32,000 bases of DNA from Desulfotalea psychrophila LSv54 (GCF_000025945.1 NC_006138.1:1170001-1202000), one strand, 5' to 3'. Positions 7,731 through 17,580 are shown, counted from the first letter of the stretch. Numbers and translations: made by a program. The notes: generated by a model from the sequence alone, not told the origin.

Positions 7731-9195
7731 CTATGGTCTCCTGCATGGGGAGGTAGACGGAAAAGCAGGAACCATTGTCTGCCTCGCTTTTTACATCAAT
7801 CCAACCACCGTGTTCTTCAACCATGCCATGGGCAATGGAGAGTCCCAGTCCTGTACCGGTGCCTAAACCCTTGGTGGTAAAAAATGGAGTAAAAATATGG
7901 GCAAGATCGTCCTTGCTTATCCCTTCTCCCTCATCACGTATTCGTATCTTAAGATATTTTTGCTCTCTTCCATCCTCGTTTTCAAAGAGAGGTAGGATGG
8001 GATTGGTCAGACTAATATATATCTTGCCGCCGGATGGCATTGCCTGCACACTGTTCATAAGGAGGTTAATGAGGACCTGTTGGATTTGGGTAGCATCACA
8101 GTAGAGAGTACACTCACTTTTTTCCAGGCTATCGAGCTCAAAACTGACAGCCTGCTTGTTTCCCATGGGATGGAGAAGCTGAATGATCTGTTTGACCAGA
8201 AGACCCACATTGGTGTTTGAGGCTTTTTGTTTGGGGCATCTGGTGAATTCAAGCAGTTGACGTATAATTACCGCCATCCGCTCGGATTGACTCTTGATGA
8301 TGGTTGCGCACTCCTTAATTTCTTGCGGATTCAGCTCTTCGCGTATAATCATTTTTGCCCGTCCATCCACAACATTGAGAGGTGTTCCCAGTTCATGGGC
8401 AATCTCTGCTGCCAGCAGGCCAAAGGTGGAGAGGCGTTCAGTATGTCGCAGTTGATCAAGGGTTCTCAGTCGGGCGTCATGTTCAAAGCCAATTTTTTCT
8501 TTGGCGATAAGAAGCCGTGAACACATATCATTCATAACTGTGCTCATCTTGGCAAATTCACCCTCTCCTACTATCTGTTCATAGGCAGTAATCTCACCGT
8601 TACCTATCCTGCGTGCCTGCGCCATGAGTTTGCCCAGTGGCATCCGTATGTTTCGATTAATAATGATATAGAGAATAATACCGGAAATCAGGGCAAAAAG
8701 TCCTGCCATAATAAGTGCATGGAGAAGAAGATTCCTGGAATAGTGCTGCAAAAAGAAGAGGGTTTGATTAAGTTCCAGTGCACCCTTTCGCCCTGGACTC
8801 ACATCTACAGGAACATAGGTGTAACGATGAGTGGCACCATTTTTGTTTCGCATCTTCACCGAAACGATATTATCTGCAAGTAGGTTTTCGAGCTGGGCTT
8901 CTTTTTTGAGATTTGCCAGCGCATCTTCTGCAAGAGAATCAAACCATACCCAACGAATATCAATGCCACCTGCTTCACTGGCATCATGTATCAGCTCGAT
9001 AGCTTTTTCTTCACCACTTTCACGCCACACATGAGAAATCATGCCGGAGATGCTTTTCCCATCCTGAATAGCACTGGTAATCATATCAGTCTCATATTGA
9101 GCAATCGCTGCCCGAAAGCGTAGGTAGCTATCTGCACCAATCAGGAGAAGTACGCCCAGGAAGATAGAGACAAAAAGTTGATAAAAGAGTTTCAT
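7720..9195 (-). CDS. Membrane sensor histidine kinase (periplasmic sensor, HAMP, HisKA, HATPase_c)
   Basis: Two TM segments flank a ~140-aa loop. H-box is AAEIAHELGTPLNV, N-box is LLMNSVQAM, and G-boxes are RDEGEGI and GTGLGLSIA. Its stop overlaps the regulator start by 11 nt. Confidence 0.85.
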   Translation of the reverse strand: MKLFYQLFVSIFLGVLLLIGADSYLRFRAAIAQYETDMITSAIQDGKSISGMISHVWRESGEEKAIELIHDASEAGGIDIRWVWFDSLAEDALANLKKEAQLENLLADNIVSVKMRNKNGATHRYTYVPVDVSPGRKGALELNQTLFFLQHYSRNLLLHALIMAGLFALISGIILYIIINRNIRMPLGKLMAQARRIGNGEITAYEQIVGEGEFAKMSTVMNDMCSRLLIAKEKIGFEHDARLRTLDQLRHTERLSTFGLLAAEIAHELGTPLNVVDGRAKMIIREELNPQEIKECATIIKSQSERMAVIIRQLLEFTRCPKQKASNTNVGLLVKQIIQLLHPMGNKQAVSFELDSLEKSECTLYCDATQIQQVLINLLMNSVQAMPSGGKIYISLTNPILPLFENEDGREQKYLKIRIRDEGEGISKDDLAHIFTPFFTTKGLGTGTGLGLSIAHGMVEEHGGWIDVKSEADNGSCFSVYLPMQETIDEI

Positions 9196-9321
9196 AATGC
9201 CCTTGTAGGTTACTTATATCCTGAATTATCAGACCAGATATTAACAGCTTACTCAATTGCGAAAAAATTGCATGACAAAATGCAGAGGTATAGAACGTAC
9301 CAGAGAATTTATAAAACAGGG

Positions 9322-9346
9322 ATTGATGGCGGGCTCTGCCATCAAT
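9322..9346 (-). terminator. Hairpin downstream of the last gene of the hydrogenase-like operon
   Basis: attgatggc-gggctct-gccatcaat is a 9-bp stem, 35 nt after the stop at 9381. On the minus strand it is followed by CCCTGTTTTAT, a weak U-run. Confidence 0.45.
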
Positions 9347-9380
9347 TCTTGTACCGCCTTCGGCTCTGCCCGGGACGAGC

Positions 9381-10127
9381 TTATTTGAAATAGTTCAACA
9401 GGGCATGCAGGGTGGTGAGGGGATGAGGAGGGCAACCGGGAATATAGAGGTCTACGGGAAGCAAGCTATTCAAATCGCCCACAACTTCGCTGCTTCCGTA
9501 AAAAGGTCCACCAGAGATAGAGCAGCAGCCGCTGGCAATGACAACCTTGGGAGAGGCAACTGCCTCATAGGTGGTGATGAGCGCCTGTCTCATATTATGG
9601 GAAATGGGTCCAGTCACATGGAGACCATCAGCGTGGCGAGGGGAGGCAACAAAATCAATCCCGAACCTGGATAGATCAAAAAATGGGGTGTTCAGTACGT
9701 TGGTATCAGCTTCACAGGAGTTACAGCCGCCAGCGGATACCTGACGGAGTTGCAGGGATCTGCCAAAGAGCTTCTTGAAATGTGCCTTTGACTGTTTTGC
9801 CAGGGCAGGAAGCCCTGTGCTGCCAACAATCAATTCATCTCGATTGGCTGCACCCAATTCAAAGTTCTGGCTGAATTTTACAAAATTCCCCTCGGCAACC
9901 GTTTCGCATTGGCCGCAAAAGGTACATCTCCCCAGATCAATGGTTTTTGCCTCTGGATCAATACACTCTTGAGGACAGATATCTAGACATTGCCTTGCAA
10001 TCTCCGCTGAGCAATCCTTGTTGATAACAGGCATTCCTCGGTAGCGGTGGTAGAGGGAAATCGGCTCCTTGGGATACTTGGCGGTTTTATTCCCCTGCTC
10101 CATTTTATTCTTTATTATTTTCAGCAT
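9381..10127 (-). CDS. NuoB/HycG-type small subunit fused to an N-terminal ferredoxin-like (HycF/NuoI-like) segment
   Basis: 248 aa. The N-terminal segment has CLDICPQEC and CTFCGQCETV. The NuoB-like core has GGCNSCE, ASGCCSISGG and IPGCPPHP, the four Cys of the proximal 4Fe-4S cluster. SD GAAGGGG lies 6 nt before the ATG. Confidence 0.8.
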   Translation of the reverse strand: MLKIIKNKMEQGNKTAKYPKEPISLYHRYRGMPVINKDCSAEIARQCLDICPQECIDPEAKTIDLGRCTFCGQCETVAEGNFVKFSQNFELGAANRDELIVGSTGLPALAKQSKAHFKKLFGRSLQLRQVSAGGCNSCEADTNVLNTPFFDLSRFGIDFVASPRHADGLHVTGPISHNMRQALITTYEAVASPKVVIASGCCSISGGPFYGSSEVVGDLNSLLPVDLYIPGCPPHPLTTLHALLNYFK

Positions 10128-10183
10128 AGCAAACCCCTTCTCTTCACTCTATTTGTCTATGGCCCATAGGGGCCGAAGTTCGT

Positions 10184-11698
10184 TTACAGATCAAACCCGC
10201 AATAGGAGAGATTAAAGCTCTTATTACAGAGAGGAAAATCAGATATCTCCTGGTTTCTGAGGGACATCGCCAGTCCAGTCCAGTTGTGAAAGGAAGGATC
10301 CTTTATCTTATAGCGTTGCACCTTACCCTTTTTATCCGTTAAAATGCAGTGGGATATCTCCCCTCTCCAGCCCTCATTCAGGGTGATAATAAAGGCGTTT
10401 GGCGCCAGTATCTGATCCTGCATATGTACCTCGGAGGCAGTGTTCTCAGACTCTTCAATGAGGATGTTAATAAGTTTTAGAGAGTGCATAATTTCTTCTA
10501 CCCGCACCATACCGCGACTATTGACATCACCATTGGTTACCCGGTTCTCATTGGCAGGAAGTTCTCTGTAACATTCGGTGGGAAAACTGTTTCGAACGTC
10601 GTAGGCAATACCGGAGGCCCTTCCCGAATAGCCCACCAGGCCAAGATCTTTCGCCATTTCATGCTGCACTGTTCCGGTATGTTCAAAACGTGCCTGAACC
10701 GTATGGGCTGAAAAGATGAGATCACAGATATTTTCAATTTCGCCGGTCACCTCTAACAGCTTTTCGCGAATCAGTTTTCGTTGCTCCTCTCTCATGATAT
10801 GGGTAACTCCGCCCGGTCTCACCAGGCCCTTACCAAAGCGATTGCCACTCAGCACCTGAAGAAGATTGAGGAATTCACCCCTGATCCTGCCAAAATAGGC
10901 AGCCGGAGGGTTAAAGGCCGCATCACCTGCGAGAGCGCCAAGATCACCTATGTGATTACATATCCTCTCAAGTTCCAGCGCAGTGGTACGAATAATTTTG
11001 GCGCCTCTGTCAACAGAGATGCCAGCCAGCCCCTCTATGGCCTGACACATGGAGAGGCCGTGGCCAATGGAGGTGTCTCCTGCAATAGATTCGCAGATAA
11101 TAGGAAAACGTTTTTGGGGCAGGGTTGGCAGCATCTTTTCAATACCCCGGTGCTGATAGCCCAGTTGAATTTCCAGATGCAGTACCTCTTCACCGGCACA
11201 TTGGAAGCGAAAATGGCCGGGCTCAATAATACCTGCATGAACAGGTCCGACAGCAACTTCGTGAATAGATTCGCCCTCGACACTAAAGAAAGGGTAATTA
11301 CCTGGAATGTTTTCTTTTCCATAGTTATTACCAAAGACATCTTTAGCACCTGCATAATTTTTATGGTAGCGAACCATCTTTAACCACGGATGACCGTCGG
11401 GAGTTATCCCATATTGCTCTGCAATCTCCCGCTCAAACATATGAAATTTTTCACTTACTGCTCCAGTAAGAGACTGAAAAGATTTCCCTACTTCAGTGCC
11501 AATGACATAGAGATCTCTGTTTCTCACCACCGCCAGAAGGTGTTTCTTTTGCCCTTCCTCATAGGCGAAGAACTGGACAATAAAACCCTCATTTCTGACA
11601 AAGTCTGAGAGAGTTGTAAAAAAAACCTCATAGCTCACATGGGGAATAAGGCTTCGGTCTATGGCCTGCCCATTGTCTATTTTTAGGAGATTATCCAT
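10184..11698 (-). CDS. HycE/HyfG/NuoCD-like large subunit lacking all NiFe-ligating CxxC motifs
   Basis: An N-terminal NuoC-like part is followed by a NuoD/large-subunit part (VGPVHAGIIEPGHFRF, YQHRGIEKM, LELERICNHIGDLG). The start is reassigned to ATG 11698, with SD GGAGG 8 nt upstream. The track start 11713 is TTG. The protein has 9 Cys but no CxxC anywhere. Expected motif positions read ESIAGDTSIGH and NLSYCGFDL-stop. Confidence 0.8.
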   Translation of the reverse strand: MDNLLKIDNGQAIDRSLIPHVSYEVFFTTLSDFVRNEGFIVQFFAYEEGQKKHLLAVVRNRDLYVIGTEVGKSFQSLTGAVSEKFHMFEREIAEQYGITPDGHPWLKMVRYHKNYAGAKDVFGNNYGKENIPGNYPFFSVEGESIHEVAVGPVHAGIIEPGHFRFQCAGEEVLHLEIQLGYQHRGIEKMLPTLPQKRFPIICESIAGDTSIGHGLSMCQAIEGLAGISVDRGAKIIRTTALELERICNHIGDLGALAGDAAFNPPAAYFGRIRGEFLNLLQVLSGNRFGKGLVRPGGVTHIMREEQRKLIREKLLEVTGEIENICDLIFSAHTVQARFEHTGTVQHEMAKDLGLVGYSGRASGIAYDVRNSFPTECYRELPANENRVTNGDVNSRGMVRVEEIMHSLKLINILIEESENTASEVHMQDQILAPNAFIITLNEGWRGEISHCILTDKKGKVQRYKIKDPSFHNWTGLAMSLRNQEISDFPLCNKSFNLSYCGFDL

Positions 11699-13118
11699 TG
11701 ATCGTACCTCCAATCAGGGAAATGGAATTAATAATAGCCTTATAAAGGGCATCCGGCATCCATATGCAGATGGTGGCTGACATTAAGAGCAGGGCATAGG
11801 GCGGTATCAGACGGAGAATGTTCTCCTTGGTTCGTACAGGGGAGCCACCGTCGCCAAAGGACATGGACATGAAGATGCGACCCGATCCGGCACAAACCAG
11901 GGTTATGGCAAAGAGGAAGAGTCCGGCTGGCAGGTATCGGCCGTTTTGCAAGGCCCCGATAGTAATGATGACCTCACTTATAAAAAGGCCAAAGGGAGGA
12001 AGCCCTGAGATGCCCACAAAACCGGCAAAAAGGGAGATAAATGTCTTAGGCAGGTGGCGTACTACCCCGCCGATCTTCTGTACCTTTTTGCTGTCAAAAC
12101 CTAGGAGGACATTGCCTGCCGAGAGAAAGAGGGAAGATTTAATTAGTGAGTGATGGAGGATATGGAGAAAAGCCCCATAGACGGCAAAACCACCAATTCC
12201 TACCCCGAAGGCAATAACGCCCATATTCTTAATACTGGAATAGGCAAGCATTCTCTTATAATCAGGTTGGCTGATGATGAAAATTGCCCCGACAAACATG
12301 GAGAAGAGACCAAAACCGACCAGTACATTTCCTGAAAATCCGCCAAGCCCTGCCATGGTCATCAGCACATGTACCTTATAGATGCCAAGAAAGGCACAGT
12401 TCAAAAGAGCGCCGGATAAAAGTGCTGAAGCCGGACTTGGCGCCTGGCTATGGGCATCCGGTAACCAGGTATGCATGGGGGCAAGCCCCATCTTGGTTCC
12501 GAAACCAATGACTACAAAGATGAAGCCGGTTTTTAACCAGAGAGGGTCAAGTTGAGGAGCTACCTGATAAAGAGAGTTAAAGGTTAGAGGTGCATCGATA
12601 TTGCCAAGATCCATGGAGAGGGTAATGAAAAAACAGCCAAGGAGGGCAAGGGCAATCCCCACTGAACAGATCAGCACATACTTCCAAGTTGCTTCCAAAG
12701 CTTCCTGAGAGCGATGAATAAAGATCAGAGGAGCACTGACAAGGGTGGTGGCTTCAACGGCAATCCATAAAACAATTGGGTGATCCGAAAGGGTTACCAT
12801 GGACATGGTGCCGAGAAAGAGCATCATGCAACAGTTAAAGAGGGGTTTATTCTCAACCTCTGTTTCCTCTATATAGGAAAAGGCATATATGGAGATACAG
12901 ATAAAAATAAAAGAGGTGAGCAGGAGAATGAGTAAACCCTCAGGAGAAATCCCAAAGAGTTGGGGATAAGAAGGACTCAGGGCACCTAGCCAGGCCATCG
13001 CAGTCAGAACCAAATGCAGGCCCGCCACCGCAAGCAGAAGCACCCTCCCCATCTGTACAGGTAGGATCAGGACTGAAATCCCGGTAACAAAGGGAATTAT
13101 AAATATTAATTCTAGCAT
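11691..13118 (-). CDS. Mrp/NuoN/HyfF-type antiporter-like membrane subunit
   Basis: 475 aa and polytopic. Motifs WLPDAHSQAPSPASALLSG and LAYSSIKNMG are typical of the proton-conducting NuoL/M/N-MrpD family. Its stop overlaps the next gene's start (ATGGATAA). Confidence 0.8.
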   Translation of the reverse strand: MLELIFIIPFVTGISVLILPVQMGRVLLLAVAGLHLVLTAMAWLGALSPSYPQLFGISPEGLLILLLTSFIFICISIYAFSYIEETEVENKPLFNCCMMLFLGTMSMVTLSDHPIVLWIAVEATTLVSAPLIFIHRSQEALEATWKYVLICSVGIALALLGCFFITLSMDLGNIDAPLTFNSLYQVAPQLDPLWLKTGFIFVVIGFGTKMGLAPMHTWLPDAHSQAPSPASALLSGALLNCAFLGIYKVHVLMTMAGLGGFSGNVLVGFGLFSMFVGAIFIISQPDYKRMLAYSSIKNMGVIAFGVGIGGFAVYGAFLHILHHSLIKSSLFLSAGNVLLGFDSKKVQKIGGVVRHLPKTFISLFAGFVGISGLPPFGLFISEVIITIGALQNGRYLPAGLFLFAITLVCAGSGRIFMSMSFGDGGSPVRTKENILRLIPPYALLLMSATICIWMPDALYKAIINSISLIGGTING

Positions 13119-13122
13119 ATTA

Positions 13123-13776
13123 TCAATCCTTTAGGCGTCCGAGTAAAGTGGTGTCAACATCATCAAAGGCACTGTTGATGTTGTGCAGGATGATTCCCAT
13201 AACCATGACCCCTACCAGGATGTCGAGCAGGATACCAAACTCCACTATATAGAGGGTATGGCTATGCTTGGTCAGGGCAGTACCAATGAGATAGATGCCA
13301 TTTTCAAGCATCAGGTAGCCAATAACCTGAGTAATGGCTTTGGTTCTTGCCATCATTAGAAAAAATCCTGAGGCCATGGTGGTGATGGCGGTAATCAGCA
13401 CTATTTCCTCTCCGCCATTAAGGGATGGACGCAGGTAATTGGTGATGAAAACGGAAACGAGGATAATGCCAAGCCCGGTGAAAATAGACGCGTGATAGCC
13501 GATAATGGGCACGATCTCCCGTTTAATGACTACTCGCTTTAGGGCTACATAAAGTAGACCCGGTATAATTATTCCCTTAACGATGAGCATGAGTAGAAAG
13601 AAACCAATTGCTCCAGCGCCGAAATCGCCATGATCCCTTAAAAAGAGAGGGATGATGGAAACAGCAGCTCCCTGCCAAGCCATAATTGTCACCAAAGTCT
13701 TCAATCTAGACGTTCCAAGGGAGAACATTACCGAGAGAAGAATGATGACCAGGGTTACCTCTGTAAAATTTATCAT
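13123..13776 (-). CDS. HyfE-like small polytopic membrane subunit (NuoK-related)
   Basis: 217 aa, matching the size of E. coli HyfE. It is entirely hydrophobic with about 7 helices. It has an ATGA start/stop overlap with the upstream gene. The call rests on position and size within a hyf-like gene order. Confidence 0.65.
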   Translation of the reverse strand: MINFTEVTLVIILLSVMFSLGTSRLKTLVTIMAWQGAAVSIIPLFLRDHGDFGAGAIGFFLLMLIVKGIIIPGLLYVALKRVVIKREIVPIIGYHASIFTGLGIILVSVFITNYLRPSLNGGEEIVLITAITTMASGFFLMMARTKAITQVIGYLMLENGIYLIGTALTKHSHTLYIVEFGILLDILVGVMVMGIILHNINSAFDDVDTTLLGRLKD

Positions 13777-14690
13777 TGAAAGACTCCCATGGTTAAGATG
13801 GCAGCAAAGAATGCCAGGGCGAAGGAGGTGAGGATGAACTTCGGTACTCCATCCATCTTGAAGCGAGCAGTAATGGACTCGGTTACCCCAATGCTCACAT
13901 AGAGCAGAGCCATAATAGTGTAGAAGACCAATGCGTTGACGATACCGGCGCCCCCGCTGAATGGATAGATAACATGGGTGATAAAAGCGGAATAAAAGAA
14001 CAGTTTATAAAAGGCTCCCAGCTCGATTAAGGCCAGATCAGGGCCACTGTGGTCAAGGATCATGGCCTCATGAATCATGGTCAGTTCAAGATGAGTTTGA
14101 GGGTCATCAACCGGTACTCTGGAGTTTTCGGTGAGAAGTACCATGAACAGGGAAACGATAACGAAAACCATCAGGGCCCCGGAAACAGCAAAGAGAGAAA
14201 GAGGATTGTCTCCCGTAAAGTATTCCGCAAAACTCAAAGATCCATTGAGGCGATAAAAGAGGATGAGAACGGCAAAGAGGGTGATTTCAGCAAGGGTTGA
14301 AAAAAACACCTCACGGGCAGCGCCCATACCTGCAAAAGGAGACGCTGTATCAAGTGCTGCGAGCACTGTAAAGAATCGGCCTATTCCCATGATATAGAAG
14401 AGGACAATCACGTCTCCATGGAAGGAGAAGAGAGGCGCTGCCCCGGCAAAGGGGAAAAAGAGGAGAACAATAAGAGCCGATGTAAACGAGACAGTAGGCC
14501 CCATTTTAAAGATAAAACTGGTGCTGGTGCTATATACGGAGCCCTTTTTTAAGAGTTTGCTCAGGGTATAGTACTTAATTAAAAGTGGTGGCCCCTGTTT
14601 ACCTGCAAAAAATGCCTTTACCTTGCCGATTATACCCGGAAAAAGGGGTGCTGACAGCATGGCTACGGCTAGTGATATATATGATTCCAT
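13773..14690 (-). CDS. HycD/HyfC/NuoH-like membrane subunit
   Basis: 305 aa and polytopic, with a size and hydropathy pattern like HycD/NuoH. It follows the NuoL-like subunit as in the hyf and hyc operons. SD AGAGAGG precedes the ATG. Confidence 0.7.
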   Translation of the reverse strand: MESYISLAVAMLSAPLFPGIIGKVKAFFAGKQGPPLLIKYYTLSKLLKKGSVYSTSTSFIFKMGPTVSFTSALIVLLFFPFAGAAPLFSFHGDVIVLFYIMGIGRFFTVLAALDTASPFAGMGAAREVFFSTLAEITLFAVLILFYRLNGSLSFAEYFTGDNPLSLFAVSGALMVFVIVSLFMVLLTENSRVPVDDPQTHLELTMIHEAMILDHSGPDLALIELGAFYKLFFYSAFITHVIYPFSGGAGIVNALVFYTIMALLYVSIGVTESITARFKMDGVPKFILTSFALAFFAAILTMGVFQ

Positions 14691-14722
14691 GGTTTACCTC
14701 TCTAAAATGTTCCTCTCTTCTC

Positions 14723-16681
14723 TTAAACGCAGAGAAGAAGGACGATGATTGTCACAGCTATATAGGCAATATAGAGTTGAATATGGCCATGTTGAATCCA
14801 ACGGAATTTGCCTAAAAAGTAGAGAAGAGGCGTTACAATTCGCTCAATCAGACAGACCTCTGCTATATCGTCCACCTCGGTTTTATAGGTGGTCTTCCTG
14901 GGGAATATTCTTTTGATCCCCGAATAGTTTGTCTTTATTTGAATAAATGGCCTAAAGAAGGCGATGATGCTCATCGCATAAGAGGTCCCTGTGTATTGCA
15001 TCTTTACGCTGGGTTGGGCAAAAGCACAGCCCCAGGTTGGCGCTTGTACAACCACCTTATTGCGGTATAAAAGTTTACGTAGCAATGTGCTGAAAATGAG
15101 CACAGCAAGGAAGAGCCGGGCTGCAAGGCCAAGGTTTTCGGCGAGTAGTGTTACCTCTGCTCCGTCTATAGGCGTTAAAGCGGGAATGCTTGCAAGGGCG
15201 CTAAAGACAATACCGACAAAGGGCGCTGGGAAAAGGCCAATAAACAGACAGGAGGCAGCGAGGAAAATCATGGGAAGGGTCATGGTAAATCCTGCCTCAG
15301 TAGCCTTTGCCGCCTTGGCAGTCCGTGGCTCACCAAGGAAAATTATCCCCATCATTCGGGTAAAACAGGAGGCGGCAAGGCCACCGATGATGGCGAGTGC
15401 GAGGATGGACAGCATGGCGAAAAGAAAGGCTGAACCCTTAAGGCTCAGGCCATGAAAGGCACCATAATAAATCAAAAACTCACTAATAAAGCCATTAAAG
15501 GGAGGCAGACCAGAGATGGAGACACTGCCTGCGAGAAAACTCTTACCGGTAAGGGGCAGACGTTTTATCAAGCCGCCCAGTTCGTCGAGGCGTCTGGTTC
15601 CTGTCTTTTGTACGATAGCGCCGGCACCAAGAAAAAGTAGGGTTTTAAAGAGGGAGTGGTTGAGCACATGGAGGAGGCAGCCTGCAAAGCCAAAACTTGC
15701 CATCACCATATTTCCCGTGCTCATACCCATCATGCCAATACCGGCACCAATGAGGATGACACCTATATTTTCCACACTACTATAGGCGAGTACCTTCTTG
15801 ATGTCCTGCTTGCCAAGGGCGTAAACCACACCTAAAATCCCTGAGATCATACCCAGGGTGAGCACTGTTTGACCGATTATAAGGCTGGTGTCTTCAAGCT
15901 CAACATAGAGGCGGATAATCCCGTAGATACCCATCTTAATCATTACCCCGGACATAATCGCCGAGATATGACATGGTGCGGCCGGGTGAGCATGGGGTAA
16001 CCACATATGCAGGGGAAAGATGCCTGCTTTTGAACCAAATCCTACCAGGGCGAGGAAGAAAACAATCAATTTGATATGGGCTGGCAAGGTGGCAAATGCT
16101 GCAAAATCATGGATTCCTGTTTGGCTATAGGCTAAGGCGAGTGCTGCAATGATGAACATTGCACCTGCCTGGGCAAAGACAAAGTAGATATATCCAGCTC
16201 TGCGTGTATCCTCTTCCTGATAGTCGTGAATGACAAGAAAAAAGGAAGAGAGCGACATCAACTCCCATACCAAAAGAAAGCTGATAATATTATCAGCTGC
16301 TGTCACCAGGGCCATAGATATGAGGAGAAGATTAAAGAAAAAGAAACTCACACCGATTCGTCCCTTCTCTTCAATCTTGTCCATATAATGATAGCTGTAG
16401 AGTGCTGCTAAAGGGCATACGACAAAGATAGGAATCAGGAAAAATGCGGAAAGAGCATCTAGGGAAAAAGAGAGGGTGAAAAGATGTAGCCATGGCCTTG
16501 AAAAGCTGGGCACTACAGCACCGTGCAGGGGGATTGTGATTGCATATATACCAATCGCACAGCCTACAGCTGTAATTATCACATAGCCGACCTTCATTAC
16601 ATTAAAATGGCGATAGCTCAGTAATGAAAAAATCCCACCGACAAATAACACTGTGAGTGAAAGTAGAAAGATGTTCATCAT
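14723..16681 (-). CDS. HyfB/HycC/NuoL-type antiporter-like membrane subunit
   Basis: 652 aa. Motifs WLPHAHPAAPCHISAIMSG and LAYSSVENIG mark the NuoL/MrpA family. It is the first gene of the six-gene block. Confidence 0.8.
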   Translation of the reverse strand: MMNIFLLSLTVLFVGGIFSLLSYRHFNVMKVGYVIITAVGCAIGIYAITIPLHGAVVPSFSRPWLHLFTLSFSLDALSAFFLIPIFVVCPLAALYSYHYMDKIEEKGRIGVSFFFFNLLLISMALVTAADNIISFLLVWELMSLSSFFLVIHDYQEEDTRRAGYIYFVFAQAGAMFIIAALALAYSQTGIHDFAAFATLPAHIKLIVFFLALVGFGSKAGIFPLHMWLPHAHPAAPCHISAIMSGVMIKMGIYGIIRLYVELEDTSLIIGQTVLTLGMISGILGVVYALGKQDIKKVLAYSSVENIGVILIGAGIGMMGMSTGNMVMASFGFAGCLLHVLNHSLFKTLLFLGAGAIVQKTGTRRLDELGGLIKRLPLTGKSFLAGSVSISGLPPFNGFISEFLIYYGAFHGLSLKGSAFLFAMLSILALAIIGGLAASCFTRMMGIIFLGEPRTAKAAKATEAGFTMTLPMIFLAASCLFIGLFPAPFVGIVFSALASIPALTPIDGAEVTLLAENLGLAARLFLAVLIFSTLLRKLLYRNKVVVQAPTWGCAFAQPSVKMQYTGTSYAMSIIAFFRPFIQIKTNYSGIKRIFPRKTTYKTEVDDIAEVCLIERIVTPLLYFLGKFRWIQHGHIQLYIAYIAVTIIVLLLCV

Positions 16682-16975
16682 TCCTCGTTTTAAAAAAGTT
16701 AGTCACTAGGGTGAATGTTGTCTTGTCTGAGAACTTTGGTGAGTTATCATTTGGTCATAAAACCTCCATCTTCGTGGTGTTAAATCTGTCATTATATTGC
16801 TTATATCCTTAAGTAATTTATCTTTTCGTGTGAGCCTTATCTGGGCTAAGGCAGGCATCCTCTCAGTCTGAGATGGTTGCCTGCGGGGGGCTCTCTGGGA
16901 GCTGGAGACCTGGTGGCCTTGTAACAGACCTCCAATAAAGAGGCTTATATTTCCAGTATTAATGTCTCTAAAGGG

Positions 16976-17224
16976 CTAGAGGATGTCAGAGCCTGCATCT
17001 TCAAGGGTATACCCATACCATGCACTTCCTTGAGAGATGGCGGGGAGAGGGAGTATGGGGATCATATTCTCGCTTCTGGCTATCATGAATTCCATCCATT
17101 GGCTGGCATCGGATGAGGAGATAAAGGGTCCGAGCTCTGTACAGATCTGCATTCCCTGAAAATCTTTACTAATGTTTTTGCTAGCTTCTTGCAGGTCTTG
17201 GGTGATGCCAATGAACATTTTCAT
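16976..17224 (-). CDS. Hypothetical 82-aa protein, paralog B of a tandem pair
   Basis: ATG with SD GAGGAAGG. It shares MKxFIGITQ, TELGPFxSxxDAxxW and WYGxTxE with the ORF at 17293-17526. Confidence 0.6.
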   Translation of the reverse strand: MKMFIGITQDLQEASKNISKDFQGMQICTELGPFISSSDASQWMEFMIARSENMIPILPLPAISQGSAWYGYTLEDAGSDIL

Positions 17225-17292
17225 GATGCCTTCCTCTCTCTTGAGTGATACATAGAATGGGTAAAGTGCTGCGCAGGGAGCCCAGCCGACAA

Positions 17293-17526
17293 TTAGATCT
17301 GCTCAAAGGTGAAACCATACCACCCGCCATCTTTAGAGGTGTTCTCCATGCTGGAGAGCTCTTCAAGATTTCTGATCTTCTCCTTCAGGTGGTTCAACCA
17401 AAGAAGTGCATCTTCTTGAGAAAGAAAGGGACCGAGCTCGGTTAAAGAGTCTTTCGTTCCGCCTTGATAAGTAAGAAGTCTCTGTATCTCTTCTTGATTT
17501 TGGGTAATACCAATAAAAATTTTCAC
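17293..17526 (-). CDS. Hypothetical 77-aa protein, paralog A of a tandem pair
   Basis: GTG start with AAAGG 8 nt upstream. It is the first ORF downstream of the sigma54 promoter. About one third of its residues are identical to the ORF at 16976-17224. Confidence 0.6.
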   Translation of the reverse strand: MKIFIGITQNQEEIQRLLTYQGGTKDSLTELGPFLSQEDALLWLNHLKEKIRNLEELSSMENTSKDGGWYGFTFEQI

Positions 17527-17580
17527 ATTTGACCTTTATGAAAATAAAATAATAACAACATCTTAACCTTGACCTTCTGA

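Noticed and set aside
9196-9321. Sigma54-like element upstream of the histidine kinase gene (minus strand ATGCAATTTTTTCGCAA).
   Set aside because: It lacks the invariant GG of the -24 element, and the spacing does not fit.
9381-16681. Canonical formate hydrogenlyase or hydrogenase-4 annotation with hyf/hyc gene symbols.
   Set aside because: The large subunit has no CxxC motifs, and no fdhF, hycB/hyfA, hycI or hyp genes are adjacent. Assigning hydrogenase function or E. coli gene names would overstate the evidence.
16682-16975. A second sigma54 promoter directly upstream of the first membrane-subunit gene.
   Set aside because: Reading both strands found no TGGCAC-N5-TTGC-like element in this gap. 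Only an AT-rich stretch with a TATAAT and a poor -35 is present, and this is not reported as a feature.
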